Source: Alphaproteobacteria bacterium (lineage in GTDB: Bacteria; Pseudomonadota; Alphaproteobacteria; Rs-D84). From it: a DNA stretch of 49,264 bases. The stretch is from positions 20,249-69,512 of the forward strand of contig JAIDWS010000034.1 of the NCBI GenBank assembly GCA_029059055.1. Reading direction: 5' to 3'. The notes under the pieces are model-generated. The model searched no databases, was not told where the DNA came from, and saw only the letters and a program-made list of their open reading frames with translations. Of this stretch, positions 30,301 through 39,629 are shown piece by piece. Positions within the stretch are counted from its first letter, which is position 1. Every line of letters begins with the position of its first letter. A program made the position numbers and the translations under genes.

Positions 30301-31618
30301 CTTTTACCCCGTCCAGTTCAGATTTGATATCACCAATTGCCAGCGCAACCGCGGCACGTTTAATAAACAGGTCATATTTTGCAGAATTATGTTGCTTTTG
30401 CGCATCCACCAATTCTGATTGCGCCTGTTGCCAATCCAGCATGGTGGCCCGACCAACCTTGTACATGCCGGCCGTGACTTTTTCAGATTCCGTGGCAGAT
30501 TTGACCAACGCATGCGTTTGGGTCAATACGGTGCGCGCCGTTTTATAGTTCTGGTATGCGGTAAACACATCCATCATGGCCTGGTTCGATGTATCACGCG
30601 CCTGGTACTTGGCACGTTCATAATCGGCCTGGGCCTGGCGGGCGCCATAGACATTTGCAAATCCCGCAAACAACGGCATTGATGCGCGGATACCAATGCT
30701 GCCATTGATTTTGTCACCGGTTGGCGCAAACGTATCGGCAAAACGGTCATCATTCCATGACAGCGACCCCGTTGCCGATATAGACGGCAAATTTTTCAAG
30801 AACGCCGAATTACGCTTATGCCATGCCGCGTCTTGGTTTGCCGATGCACGTAACAAATCCGGGCGTTGTTTCTGGGCAATCGCAATCAGATTATCAATAC
30901 TTTCGCTTTCTGCGTCTGTGCCGAATGTGGACGACATATCCGCAATTTTTATCTGTTGGTCCGCCGGGAACGATAATTTGGTTAACAGCGTTCCCTGGGC
31001 AATTTCACGGTTATTTTTTGCGCGTTCCAAGGATAATTTTGAACTGGCCAATGTGGTTTCAGCCTTTAACACATCGGATTTGGCAACGGCGCCGGCCTTG
31101 TACTTCTTATTGGCGGTGTCGTACGCCGTTTGGGCAACGGTCAACGCCGATGTGGCCGTTTCAACGTCCGCATCTGCATTTAACAGTTCATAATATGACC
31201 CGACCATGCCGTAAACAAAGTTCTGGATTGTTTCACTGAATTCAAATCCCGCGGCACGATATGTATCAATCATTTGATTCATGTCCGACAGACGCTTGCC
31301 AAAATCAAATATCAAATACGATGCGGAAATGGATGCACCATACGACCAATCGTCCCATTGCCGGTTCTGATAATTTCGGCCCATGGACAGCCCGGCATTA
31401 ATACTGGGCAAATAATTGGCGTAACCGGCGTTTTTACCGAACCGCGCAGATTGCAACGAAGCATAGGCCGCAGCCGTTTGGGGATTGCGACACAACCCCA
31501 ATTCTATTACCTGTTGCAGGGTTAATTCATCATCCGGGACATTTCGGCGTGTGGCACAATCATCCACCCCCCAGGCCAGACTTGGCACCAGCCCACAGAT
31601 TAAGGCATATTTTTTCAT
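30290..31618 (-). CDS. TolC family outer membrane efflux protein
   Basis: LTL..VI..GL..NP; two OEP repeats with LPSI and Y.AG/Y.VG; first gene of the macAB operon. Confidence 0.88.
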   Translation of the reverse strand: MKKYALICGLVPSLAWGVDDCATRRNVPDDELTLQQVIELGLCRNPQTAAAYASLQSARFGKNAGYANYLPSINAGLSMGRNYQNRQWDDWSYGASISASYLIFDFGKRLSDMNQMIDTYRAAGFEFSETIQNFVYGMVGSYYELLNADADVETATSALTVAQTAYDTANKKYKAGAVAKSDVLKAETTLASSKLSLERAKNNREIAQGTLLTKLSFPADQQIKIADMSSTFGTDAESESIDNLIAIAQKQRPDLLRASANQDAAWHKRNSAFLKNLPSISATGSLSWNDDRFADTFAPTGDKINGSIGIRASMPLFAGFANVYGARQAQADYERAKYQARDTSNQAMMDVFTAYQNYKTARTVLTQTHALVKSATESEKVTAGMYKVGRATMLDWQQAQSELVDAQKQHNSAKYDLFIKRAAVALAIGDIKSELDGVKDEQ

Positions 31619-31642
31619 TAAATTCCTCCCTACATTTTTGTA

Positions 31643-31668
31643 TAACGATATTATTCCTAGGGAAGTTC
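31643..31668 (-). promoter_or_regulatory. ECF-type promoter for tolC-macAB
   Basis: GAACTT-CCCTAGGAATAAT-ATCGTTA. Confidence 0.75.
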
Positions 31669-31740
31669 AAAAAAAATGAACCGCACCAGCATTTTTTTCG
31701 TTTCACATGGTACAGGACCCCATAGAAAGGAGAAAAGTCC

Positions 31741-32070
31741 ATGAACAAAAAACTGATTATCGCATCACTGGGCGCGGTATTGTCGTTCGGGGCATTTGCC
31801 GACACGCCCCAGCCCCCACAGAACGCCGATGAACACGGCCCGCGCAATGGCGGCGGCATGATGGCCAATTTGACCGAAGACCAGAAATCTTGCATCGCCC
31901 AATATGGATGCGCCATGCCGGAAAAAACCGCCCCAGGCGAAAAACCGGAAATGTCCGCCGAAAAAACAGAATCCATGGAATGTATGCGCAATGCAATGAC
32001 ATCATGTGGGGTACAAATGCCCGACCGCCCGGAAAAACCACGTGGCGAAAAACCGGCCGATGCGCAATAA
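31741..32070 (+). CDS. Small secreted helical protein with 4 Cys
   Basis: SD AAAGGAG; signal peptide ending AFA; LTEDQ motif. Confidence 0.72.
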   Translation: MNKKLIIASLGAVLSFGAFADTPQPPQNADEHGPRNGGGMMANLTEDQKSCIAQYGCAMPEKTAPGEKPEMSAEKTESMECMRNAMTSCGVQMPDRPEKPRGEKPADAQ

Positions 32071-32143
32071 CCCACCCATCCCCACAACAAATAAAACCCC
32101 GGTTTCCCGGGGTTTTAAATATCCAAGCCAATACGTTTATTGT

Positions 32144-32764
32144 TTATTTTCCGTCTGGCTGCGGGTCGACTGTTGCAGTGCCCGCATCATTTCTTGCGCC
32201 AGTTTTTCCAGCGCCCGGGGCCGGCGTTTTATTGTGATTTTCATTGTGTTTCTGTTCCAGTGCTTTTTTCTGTTCATCGGTCAGGATAGATTCAAAATCA
32301 CGCTTATGCTTTTCCATGACATCGTGTTGTTGTTCACGCAATTTCTTCATATCCTTGCGCAGGTCATTACGCATGGTTTCAATTTTGCGAAATTGTTCAT
32401 CGGTCAATATGGCTTCGAACCGTTCGCGGTATTTTTCACGCAAATCATCTTCGTCATCGCGCAATCTTTTCATATCTTTTTTCAGATTTTTATCCAAAAC
32501 CTTGATTTTATCGCGCTGTTTATCGGTCAATTTGATTTTTCCGCCAAACGGTTCACCGCCAAATCGCCCGGGCCATCTGTTAAACCCGTGGGGCGGCGGC
32601 ATCATCGGTCCACCGTCAATGACAAATACGGGGCGCGGCCCACTGTCCAGCATGACATTTTCAAAACGCCGGTCGCCACCATCGGTGGATTTGCCGTTTG
32701 CCATGGTAACGGTGGCACACAACATAACCACAGATAATGCAGATATAAGTGTCGTTTTGTTCAT
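32144..32764 (-). CDS. Spy/CpxP-like periplasmic chaperone (LTxxQ repeats)
   Basis: Signal peptide; LTDKQ, LTDEQ and LTDEQ motifs within charged helices. Confidence 0.75.
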   Translation of the reverse strand: MNKTTLISALSVVMLCATVTMANGKSTDGGDRRFENVMLDSGPRPVFVIDGGPMMPPPHGFNRWPGRFGGEPFGGKIKLTDKQRDKIKVLDKNLKKDMKRLRDDEDDLREKYRERFEAILTDEQFRKIETMRNDLRKDMKKLREQQHDVMEKHKRDFESILTDEQKKALEQKHNENHNKTPAPGAGKTGARNDAGTATVDPQPDGK

Positions 32765-32796
32765 TTTGTTCTTCCTTTTGGCTTGTACACTGTATA

Positions 32797-32822
32797 TAAC
32801 GATTTTTTATCCGTCAAAGTTC
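32797..32822 (-). promoter_or_regulatory. ECF-type promoter for the Spy-like gene
   Basis: GAACTT-TGACGGATAAAAA-ATCGTTA; overlaps the sigma factor stop codon. Confidence 0.75.
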
Positions 32823-33308
32823 ATTTGGTTTCAAGAAACACAACCGCTGGGCCAGTATTTTCCGCGCCGAAAACAGGCGTGATTTAACCGTACCAACCGG
32901 GACATTCAACCGTTTGGCAATATCGTCCAGGGGCATGTATTCAAATTCGTGTAAAACGATGACTTGGCGCATTTTGCGCGGCAAACTGTTGACCGCGGCC
33001 AAGATAATCTTTTGCCGTTCGTTTTGCGTGAATTTGATTTCCGGATTTTGACGTTCATCCGTGACATCACGCGGCATATCGACATGTTTACAGGCATGGA
33101 CAACAAATTTGGATTTGAAATAATCCCGGCATATATTTGTTGCCACGATACAGACCCAGGCGCGTTCTTTGCCCTGGTCGACATATTGTTCCTGTTTCTG
33201 CCACAAACGAAAGAAAATTTCTTGTTCCAAATCCGGATTGGCACCACCCGTTTTTTGACGGATAATTTTACGAACGGTTTTGCTGTATTTATCGACCAGA
33301 TTGAACAT
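32814..33308 (-). CDS. ECF sigma-70 family RNA polymerase sigma factor
   Basis: Region 2 DLEQEIF..LW...W...A.N.CRD; region 4 LP...R.V..L.......IA..L.VP.GTVKSRLF.AR. Confidence 0.9.
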   Translation of the reverse strand: MFNLVDKYSKTVRKIIRQKTGGANPDLEQEIFFRLWQKQEQYVDQGKERAWVCIVATNICRDYFKSKFVVHACKHVDMPRDVTDERQNPEIKFTQNERQKIILAAVNSLPRKMRQVIVLHEFEYMPLDDIAKRLNVPVGTVKSRLFSARKILAQRLCFLKPNEL

Positions 33309-33559
33309 TAAATGACCCCCAGTGCGTCAAACTCGTCAATATAATACGCGGTTTGAATTTCGGACTGGGAATTGGTGTATAATTTTGCATACAAATCATC
33401 AATGCGGTTTTGGTTATTATGAAAACCAATGATTGCCGGCGCAATCACCAACACCGCAAACGCGGTTGCGAAACCATACCTTATACACACTCTCCTTTCC
33501 TGTTTGTTTCTAAGGTATAATGGTCTTGCTTCTTGTAACAAACTTGAAACGGAATCCAT
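33308..33559 (-). CDS. Small single-pass membrane protein (candidate anti-sigma factor)
   Basis: One TM helix; TAATG stop/start overlap with the sigma gene; SD GAGG. Confidence 0.65.
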   Translation of the reverse strand: MDSVSSLLQEARPLYLRNKQERRVCIRYGFATAFAVLVIAPAIIGFHNNQNRIDDLYAKLYTNSQSEIQTAYYIDEFDALGVI

Positions 33560-33586
33560 TGGGCTTTACCTCTTATTCAACTATAC

Positions 33587-33612
33587 TAACGATAATTGAA
33601 CAAATAAAGTTC
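33587..33612 (-). promoter_or_regulatory. ECF-type autoregulatory promoter
   Basis: GAACTT-TATTTGTTCAATT-ATCGTTA. Confidence 0.75.
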
Positions 33613-33616
33613 AAAA

Positions 33617-34702
33617 TTATTTGCCGGCGTATGGTGCCGCCGTTATGGTTTCCGCGTGGCGCATATCCAACGGATGCGCCTGGTATGGGACGGTTTCAAA
33701 ATCTATTTGGGACAAATCAATCGACCGAATGGCGCGACTGTACATCGTATGGTAATAAATCGTGCCATTGGCCATGTCTGTCGCCACCGTCCACTGGGTC
33801 GCAGACGGCATGTTATTCGGCGCGGTACCGACGGCAAACTGGGCGCCGACCGGCACATCAAAGTTATTCAGAATATGAAACGCCTGTAAAACCGTCTGGT
33901 ACCCGGTATCTTGGGGGATGGCCCCTGATTGCAAAAACGCCGCACGAACGAACCGCGACGGTGGGGTCATATCCCCCGGCAATCCATGCAGCCCACTGCC
34001 GCTGCCGAATGCAGCCATATGCAAATTGCGAATATTTGTGGGCCCCGCCGTGCCGGGATGCAGATTCACATAGTTATTCAGATTGGTCACCATCCACGGG
34101 AATCCCGGCGCATTGGTCAAAACCCCGATTTCATTTTCATAAAAATGCGGCACCCCGTCGACAATTTCCAAGACAACCTGGCGGCCGGATGATTCTACAA
34201 TCCGCCAATGGACGGTTGTCGTGCGCGTATCCACATTGACAATGCGCACATCTTGGATGGCGGCTTGGACCTGGTCGATGGTGGAAAACTGGGATAAAAT
34301 CCATGACACCACCTGGAAATCCGCCAATGTTTTATCATTATAATCGGGGTTATATTCCACATATTTGCCATATCCCGGGAAATAAAACAGGGCCGCCCCC
34401 AGACCCGCTTCGTTGATGCCATCGATAACAAATTCCGGCTGTTCCACCGCCAGGCCCGCAAATCCGTAACGCGTGGTGAATTCAACCCCGCCCGACCGAC
34501 CGTCGGGCAAAACAGATTGCGTCGTCCGCCCACGCGGGACAATCACATACATGTTGTTCAATTCTTCGCGGGACCAATCCATCGTCCGCGCGACAACCAA
34601 TGAATTATCTGTGGATTTTAACGTAATCCCCGTACAGGCATATCCCCCACGCCCCGCACCACACATGGCAATCGCCATCGCAATTATGGAAATATATTTC
34701 AT
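33617..34702 (-). CDS. Choloylglycine hydrolase / penicillin V acylase family Ntn-hydrolase (paralog 2)
   Basis: Signal peptide then CTG; ARTMD; GINEAGL; TNAP; GLPGD.TPPSRF. Confidence 0.9.
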   Translation of the reverse strand: MKYISIIAMAIAMCGAGRGGYACTGITLKSTDNSLVVARTMDWSREELNNMYVIVPRGRTTQSVLPDGRSGGVEFTTRYGFAGLAVEQPEFVIDGINEAGLGAALFYFPGYGKYVEYNPDYNDKTLADFQVVSWILSQFSTIDQVQAAIQDVRIVNVDTRTTTVHWRIVESSGRQVVLEIVDGVPHFYENEIGVLTNAPGFPWMVTNLNNYVNLHPGTAGPTNIRNLHMAAFGSGSGLHGLPGDMTPPSRFVRAAFLQSGAIPQDTGYQTVLQAFHILNNFDVPVGAQFAVGTAPNNMPSATQWTVATDMANGTIYYHTMYSRAIRSIDLSQIDFETVPYQAHPLDMRHAETITAAPYAGK

Positions 34703-34772
34703 TGTAATCCCCCCATGGGATTACAGTATACCGACACCCCCATCCCCAATCCACAGGAAGCATTCCCGTCCA

Positions 34773-36545
34773 TCATTTCACAATTTCATGAAATATTTCA
34801 GCCGGGACCGTACCACCGGTCATTTTACCGTGCATGGGGGTAAAATCGTCATTGCCCATCCAAACCCCGATAACCAGTTTATCCGTCGCCCCCACAAACC
34901 ATGCGTCACGGTTACCGTTACTGGTCCCGGTTTTGCCGCCCAACACATTCGGGGCCGCCGCCCGTCGGCCGGTACCACCCGGTTTAATCACATCCGCCAA
35001 CAATTGCGACATATATTCCACCGTGGTCGGGGCCAAAATCTGGATGGCATCGGACGGGTTGCGTTCGTATAAAACGCGCCCCGACGGGTCGACAATCCGG
35101 GTAATTGAATACGGCCGCACAGATTTCCCATCATTCCAAATCACCGCATAAATTGTGGTCAAATCCAGCAAATTCATTTCCGACGCACCCAACACAGTCG
35201 AATATTCACGGCGCAATTGCGTTCCCACCCCCAAACGCCCCGCCATGTCCAAGACCGTATCAATGCCATATTGCTGGGTTAATTTCAACGGGACCGAATT
35301 AACACTTTTTGCGAATGCGGTCGCCAACGTGATATCCCCATAATAACGTTCATTGTAATTTTTCGGGTTATAATCCCCAATGGCAAACGGTGAATCATTA
35401 ACATACGCATCCGGCGTCATTCCGTTTTCCAACGCAACCAAATACACCACCGGTTTGAAACTGCTGCCGGGTTGGCGCATGGCCAATGCGCGATTAAACT
35501 GGCTGGCCTGGTAATCCGCACCACCGACCATCGCACGCATGGCGCCATCGCGCGTCATGGCGACAACGGCCCCCTGGTATTCGCCGACATTATCCGTCAC
35601 AGTCGCGGCAACATGTTCCTGTAACCCACGGTCCAGCGTGGTGTAAACAAACAAATCAGAATCCCAGAGCCCGATGCGCGAACGCACTTCGTCAATAACG
35701 AAATCCGTCCAATAGCGGTAAATGTTTGTATCCGGCGCGGGGGTCGCCGGCATCAATTGTTTGGCCGCGGCGCGGGCATCGTTCAGGCTGATGTATCCCT
35801 GGCGCACCATTTCGGTTAACACAACACGGGCACGGGCAATATTCTTGTCCGGATTTTTCAGTGGGCTGTACGTGGTGGGTGCCTTTAACATGGCGGCAAT
35901 TTGCGCACTTTGCGCCAACGTCATTTTGGATGCGGGCACCTGGAACAGAGTACGGGACGCGGCGTCAATTCCCCGCATCCCCCCCACCAACGATACGCGG
36001 TTCATGTACAAATCCAGAACCTGGTTCTTGGTAAAGCGATTTTCCAACCAGTATGATAAAATCAGTTCTTGGACCTTGCGCGAAATGGTCTTTTCCCGGG
36101 ACAAGAACACATTTTTTGCCGTTTGTTGGGTAATGGACGACCCACCGGCGGCGATGCGACCACGGACCAGGTTCGACAACATGGCACGTGTAATGCCGCG
36201 CATATCAATGGGACCGTGTTGAAAGAATCGTTTATCTTCGATGGCGATAATCGCCTGCCATACGTGGGGCGGCAGATTTTCCGTCGACACCGGGGCGCCC
36301 ATGATGCGGTTTGCACTGCGTATTTCCACACCATCGCGGTCCAACACCGTCACCGCCGCGGGCCGCGTTTCATGCAATATCGCGTCCAGCGATGGCATTT
36401 GCAAGAACACCGTCAACACCCAAACCGCCACCGCGGCAATCGCCACCACAACCAAGTTAAACAGCCACACCAACAACCGCGTCCGCAGCGACGGCCGTGT
36501 TTTTTCCGTGGCAATATTTTCATCCGACAAATTGCGACGTGGCAC
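34773..36545 (-). CDS. Class A penicillin-binding protein (PBP1A family)
   Basis: EDKRFFQH, GSSITQQTAKN, RKVQE, GSSFK (SxxK), SVN and KTG motifs. Confidence 0.93.
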   Translation of the reverse strand: MPRRNLSDENIATEKTRPSLRTRLLVWLFNLVVVAIAAVAVWVLTVFLQMPSLDAILHETRPAAVTVLDRDGVEIRSANRIMGAPVSTENLPPHVWQAIIAIEDKRFFQHGPIDMRGITRAMLSNLVRGRIAAGGSSITQQTAKNVFLSREKTISRKVQELILSYWLENRFTKNQVLDLYMNRVSLVGGMRGIDAASRTLFQVPASKMTLAQSAQIAAMLKAPTTYSPLKNPDKNIARARVVLTEMVRQGYISLNDARAAAKQLMPATPAPDTNIYRYWTDFVIDEVRSRIGLWDSDLFVYTTLDRGLQEHVAATVTDNVGEYQGAVVAMTRDGAMRAMVGGADYQASQFNRALAMRQPGSSFKPVVYLVALENGMTPDAYVNDSPFAIGDYNPKNYNERYYGDITLATAFAKSVNSVPLKLTQQYGIDTVLDMAGRLGVGTQLRREYSTVLGASEMNLLDLTTIYAVIWNDGKSVRPYSITRIVDPSGRVLYERNPSDAIQILAPTTVEYMSQLLADVIKPGGTGRRAAAPNVLGGKTGTSNGNRDAWFVGATDKLVIGVWMGNDDFTPMHGKMTGGTVPAEIFHEIVK

Positions 36546-36651
36546 CGTATTTCCCCCAATATCTGTTATTCAAAGAATTATATCACAAAAATCCCGCATC
36601 GCACCAGATGAATAACGATTGAAAAAAATCCCCGGCGAACCGGGGATTTGG

Positions 36652-36927
36652 TTATTTCTTTTTAACCGATTTTTTCGGCGCAGTCTTTTTCGACGCCGGC
36701 TTTTTCACGGACGCCGGTTTTGTCGTCGCGCGCGGTGCGGATACCCGTACATATTCTTTGTACAGCAATTCAACGCAGATATACGCAATCAGCGCCGATG
36801 CCGCCGTAATCAGACCAGCCAACAGCCCGTCGGAAAAGATGGCGAACAGCACAATCGCCACAGCCAATATAACGGTATAGAAAATATTCTGTGCCATTAC
36901 ATTAACGATTTTTTCAAATGTTTTCAT
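36652..36927 (-). CDS. Small two-TM membrane protein with Lys/Ala-rich tail
   Basis: SD GGAG; two hydrophobic segments; KKPASKKTAPKK tail. Confidence 0.65.
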   Translation of the reverse strand: MKTFEKIVNVMAQNIFYTVILAVAIVLFAIFSDGLLAGLITAASALIAYICVELLYKEYVRVSAPRATTKPASVKKPASKKTAPKKSVKKK

Positions 36928-37047
36928 TTTTATACTCCGTTTGGATTCGGGCATATTATATCAGAAAAAATCCCCAATGTGTACGAAATAACGAACAACC
37001 GCCCCACACAGGGGCGGCATGTACCAAGGGAGAAACAAAAATCCGTT

Positions 37048-37779
37048 TTACAAAATCACCTGGCCACCCAGACGCGCCGTGGACGGAATCGGTCCGAACG
37101 ATGAACGGCGGCTGACATAAATATTGCCGGTGATGACGAAATCCCCACAGAACTGTAACATGTTCACATCGCGCAGGAACAGGTTTCCGTCAATATATGT
37201 ATCGCACGGCAAAACATATTTACGCATGTTTTGCAGATACACATTACCCTGGACGCGGATACCGCGGGTTAACATGTGACCGTCGCCACGCCCATTAACC
37301 ACAACATCCCCGGTCAAATTATATCGCGGCGCAACAACCTGTTGGGGACGCGGTGCGGCAACCACATCACGGCGCAGCGGCAATGTCGGACGCACCGCAC
37401 GCGGCTTTACCTGGCGCGGCGATACATCAGACGCGGCCACGCGGGGGGTGTCGCTGACAATAACCGGAACTGCATCGGCATCAACAACCACAACCGTTTT
37501 TTTACCACAACGGCTGATATCAATAATCAACATGGAAAACAAAACGATGATTGACACCAACAAAGTCAAATTCACCATACCAATTAAATCAATCGTGCGC
37601 AGCCAATCCCACACGCGACGGGCCATACGCCCCATCCAGCGAAACGGACGGCAAATCAAATCCCATGCGCGCGCCCAAAACCCGGCGGCGGTGCGGTTCG
37701 TTTTACGACGGGCAGCGGTGCGTTTTTTGTTTTTTTCAACGCGACGTGCGGCGATTTTCATCTTTAATTGTTTGAACAT
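37048..37779 (-). CDS. Membrane-anchored hypothetical protein with C-terminal beta-solenoid-like repeats
   Basis: SD AAGG; TM helix; repeated (V/I)xGN(V/L/I) units. Confidence 0.65.
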   Translation of the reverse strand: MFKQLKMKIAARRVEKNKKRTAARRKTNRTAAGFWARAWDLICRPFRWMGRMARRVWDWLRTIDLIGMVNLTLLVSIIVLFSMLIIDISRCGKKTVVVVDADAVPVIVSDTPRVAASDVSPRQVKPRAVRPTLPLRRDVVAAPRPQQVVAPRYNLTGDVVVNGRGDGHMLTRGIRVQGNVYLQNMRKYVLPCDTYIDGNLFLRDVNMLQFCGDFVITGNIYVSRRSSFGPIPSTARLGGQVIL

Positions 37780-37961
37780 TTGCTCACCTTTTTAGAATTT
37801 CTGTCCTAAAAATAATATTTGTCAACACATTTGTCAAGGATTATTTGTCCAAAAAATACATTTTTGTCAATTTGTTGCCCACCCCATCGATGTGTTATGA
37901 CACCCCAGGGCATGGCGCGGGGGATTTTTATGGACCGGACAGCCCGCGCATCCGCGCAACA

Positions 37962-38075
37962 TTATTGACTGGATTGCTTCGTTCCACTCGCAATGACAAT
38001 GGTGTCTAATTTCCAGGAACTTTATCACCCTTGTCATTGCGAGCCACGACAGTGGCGCGGCAATCCAGTCAATAA
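37962..38075. repeat. Palindromic REP/RPE-like element
   Basis: Perfect 16-bp outer IR TTATTGACTGGATTGC and 13-bp inner IR CTCGCAATGACAA; same family as 1-272. Confidence 0.85.
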
Positions 38076-38137
38076 ACCAACACACCTGGCGTGATATAAT
38101 TCTTGAACATTCGCGTATGATGCGATATACTGGACCT

Positions 38138-38300
38138 GCATTGGGAAACCGGTGTAGGCTTCAAAACCTGACAAAAGCAGTCGAAAGACTTTAAACACTC
38201 CACATTGGTTGGAGGGTCGTGAATATCCAATAAACGACGCTATTGCTTTTGATAGTTTTGAACCTCCAACCGCCCCACAAAATGTGCGGCGGTGTTTTTT
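38138..38300 (+). ncRNA. C4-antisense-like structured leader RNA with terminator (copy B)
   Basis: Promoter TTGAAC-N17-TATACT at 38103-38131; stem GGTTGGAGG/CCTCCAACC; TTCAAAAC/GTTTTGAA and CAAAAGCA/TGCTTTTG pairings; covaries with copy C. Confidence 0.7.
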
Positions 38301-38324
38301 ATAAACGTAAAAGGAGTTAAAACT

Positions 38325-38552
38325 ATGGCTAAATTATTAATTGATGCAAATTATTACGGTAACATTATGCGCTGTGCGCGGCAACACCTGCGCATCAGTG
38401 TGGCGGACGCTGCGGCGTTATTGAAAATGAGCAAGAAAGATTATCAAAAATGCGAACGCGGGGATGAATTATTTAGCGAAGGCACGCTTCGCCGCTTTTT
38501 CCACGGGGCGTTCGCATTGCTGATTATCAAACGCAGCCGGGCAAATTTATAA
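38325..38552 (+). CDS. Small XRE/Cro-like helix-turn-helix protein (copy 1)
   Basis: SD AAGGAG; G..MR.AR..L.IS..DAA.LL.MS...Y...ERG; duplicated at 42171-42398. Confidence 0.8.
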   Translation: MAKLLIDANYYGNIMRCARQHLRISVADAAALLKMSKKDYQKCERGDELFSEGTLRRFFHGAFALLIIKRSRANL

Positions 38553-38626
38553 CCCGCGCCCGCCCGTACGTTTCCCTGGGGGCGCATTCCACACAAAAAA
38601 ATCCCCCATCCGGGGGATTTTTATTC

Positions 38627-38950
38627 TTAATTTTCCGGGACCACGGGTGTTGGTGCGGAATCTGCGTTTTCCTGCATAATGATTTCCTGGCGCAAATCGC
38701 TTTGCCGGGTGGCCATGTCGGATTTCGACGCAACCAACGCCAATGCCGCGCACAATACAAAGAATATTGTCGCCAACCATGCCGTCGTCTTGGTCAAGAA
38801 ATTCCCCGCCGCCGCACCGGTCAACGCACCGCCAAACATCGACGCCGCCGATGAACCGGACATGCCGCTGCCTTCGGATTTTTGTAATAAAATCAATCCT
38901 GTCATGAAAACCGATACGACAATCAAACAAACCAATAAAATCGAAAACAT
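38627..38950 (-). CDS. secG: Preprotein translocase subunit SecG
   Basis: ILLQKSEG.G...FGG...NFLTKTT..LA..F. Confidence 0.92.
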   Translation of the reverse strand: MFSILLVCLIVVSVFMTGLILLQKSEGSGMSGSSAASMFGGALTGAAAGNFLTKTTAWLATIFFVLCAALALVASKSDMATRQSDLRQEIIMQENADSAPTPVVPEN

Positions 38951-38996
38951 TCTTTATCCTTAAATTTCTTCTGTGCGAATTTTAGCCATCCTGCCC

Positions 38997-39629
38997 TTAA
39001 ATTGCAAGGATTTTCAACAACGCATCTGCGGCGTTTATACTGGCGGCCTTTTTCGATGTGCCCGTTCCCGTGGCACTGTGACCCATGGCCGTGACAGCCA
39101 CGCGGAAAACCGGACTGTGTGATGCGCCCGTCGGCGCCAGGTATTCATATGTCGGCAACGCACCGCCGGAATGTTTTTGCACATATTCTTGCAGGCGGGT
39201 TTTGGGGTCTTTGGGTGCGACCGTGTCGGCCGCCGCCAAATCACGCCACAATTCGGTAATTACACCCGATGCCGCGTCAAATCCCCCGTCCAGATAAATC
39301 GCGCCAAAGACCGCTTCCATCGCGTCGGCCAAAATGTGCATAATCCGGCCGCCGGTCATATGACCGTGGCGAACACATGTGTCCAATCCCAATTCTGTGG
39401 CGACATGCGCCAATGTATTTGTCGACACCAACACCGCATGACGGCGGGCCAATTCACCTTCGGCTTCGTCGGGGAACATACGGTACAGCATTGTCGCCAC
39501 CGTCAATCCCAACACGCGGTCCCCGATAAATTCCAAACGTTCATTATTTTGGGCCGCATTGGCACCGCTTTGCGTCAATGCCAAATCCAGCAACGTCGCG
39601 TCATTAAAAGTATAATTCAGTTTTAACAC
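38997..39629 (-). CDS. rnc: Ribonuclease III
   Basis: NERLEFIGD signature; AD..EA..GAIYLD.G; dsRBD DPKT.LQE. Confidence 0.95.
   Translation of the reverse strand: MLKLNYTFNDATLLDLALTQSGANAAQNNERLEFIGDRVLGLTVATMLYRMFPDEAEGELARRHAVLVSTNTLAHVATELGLDTCVRHGHMTGGRIMHILADAMEAVFGAIYLDGGFDAASGVITELWRDLAAADTVAPKDPKTRLQEYVQKHSGGALPTYEYLAPTGASHSPVFRVAVTAMGHSATGTGTSKKAASINAADALLKILAI

Noticed and set aside
38138-38300. T-box or metabolite riboswitch as the identity of the leaders
   Set aside because: No T-box consensus or recognisable aptamer; the loops vary between copies, unlike ligand-binding cores
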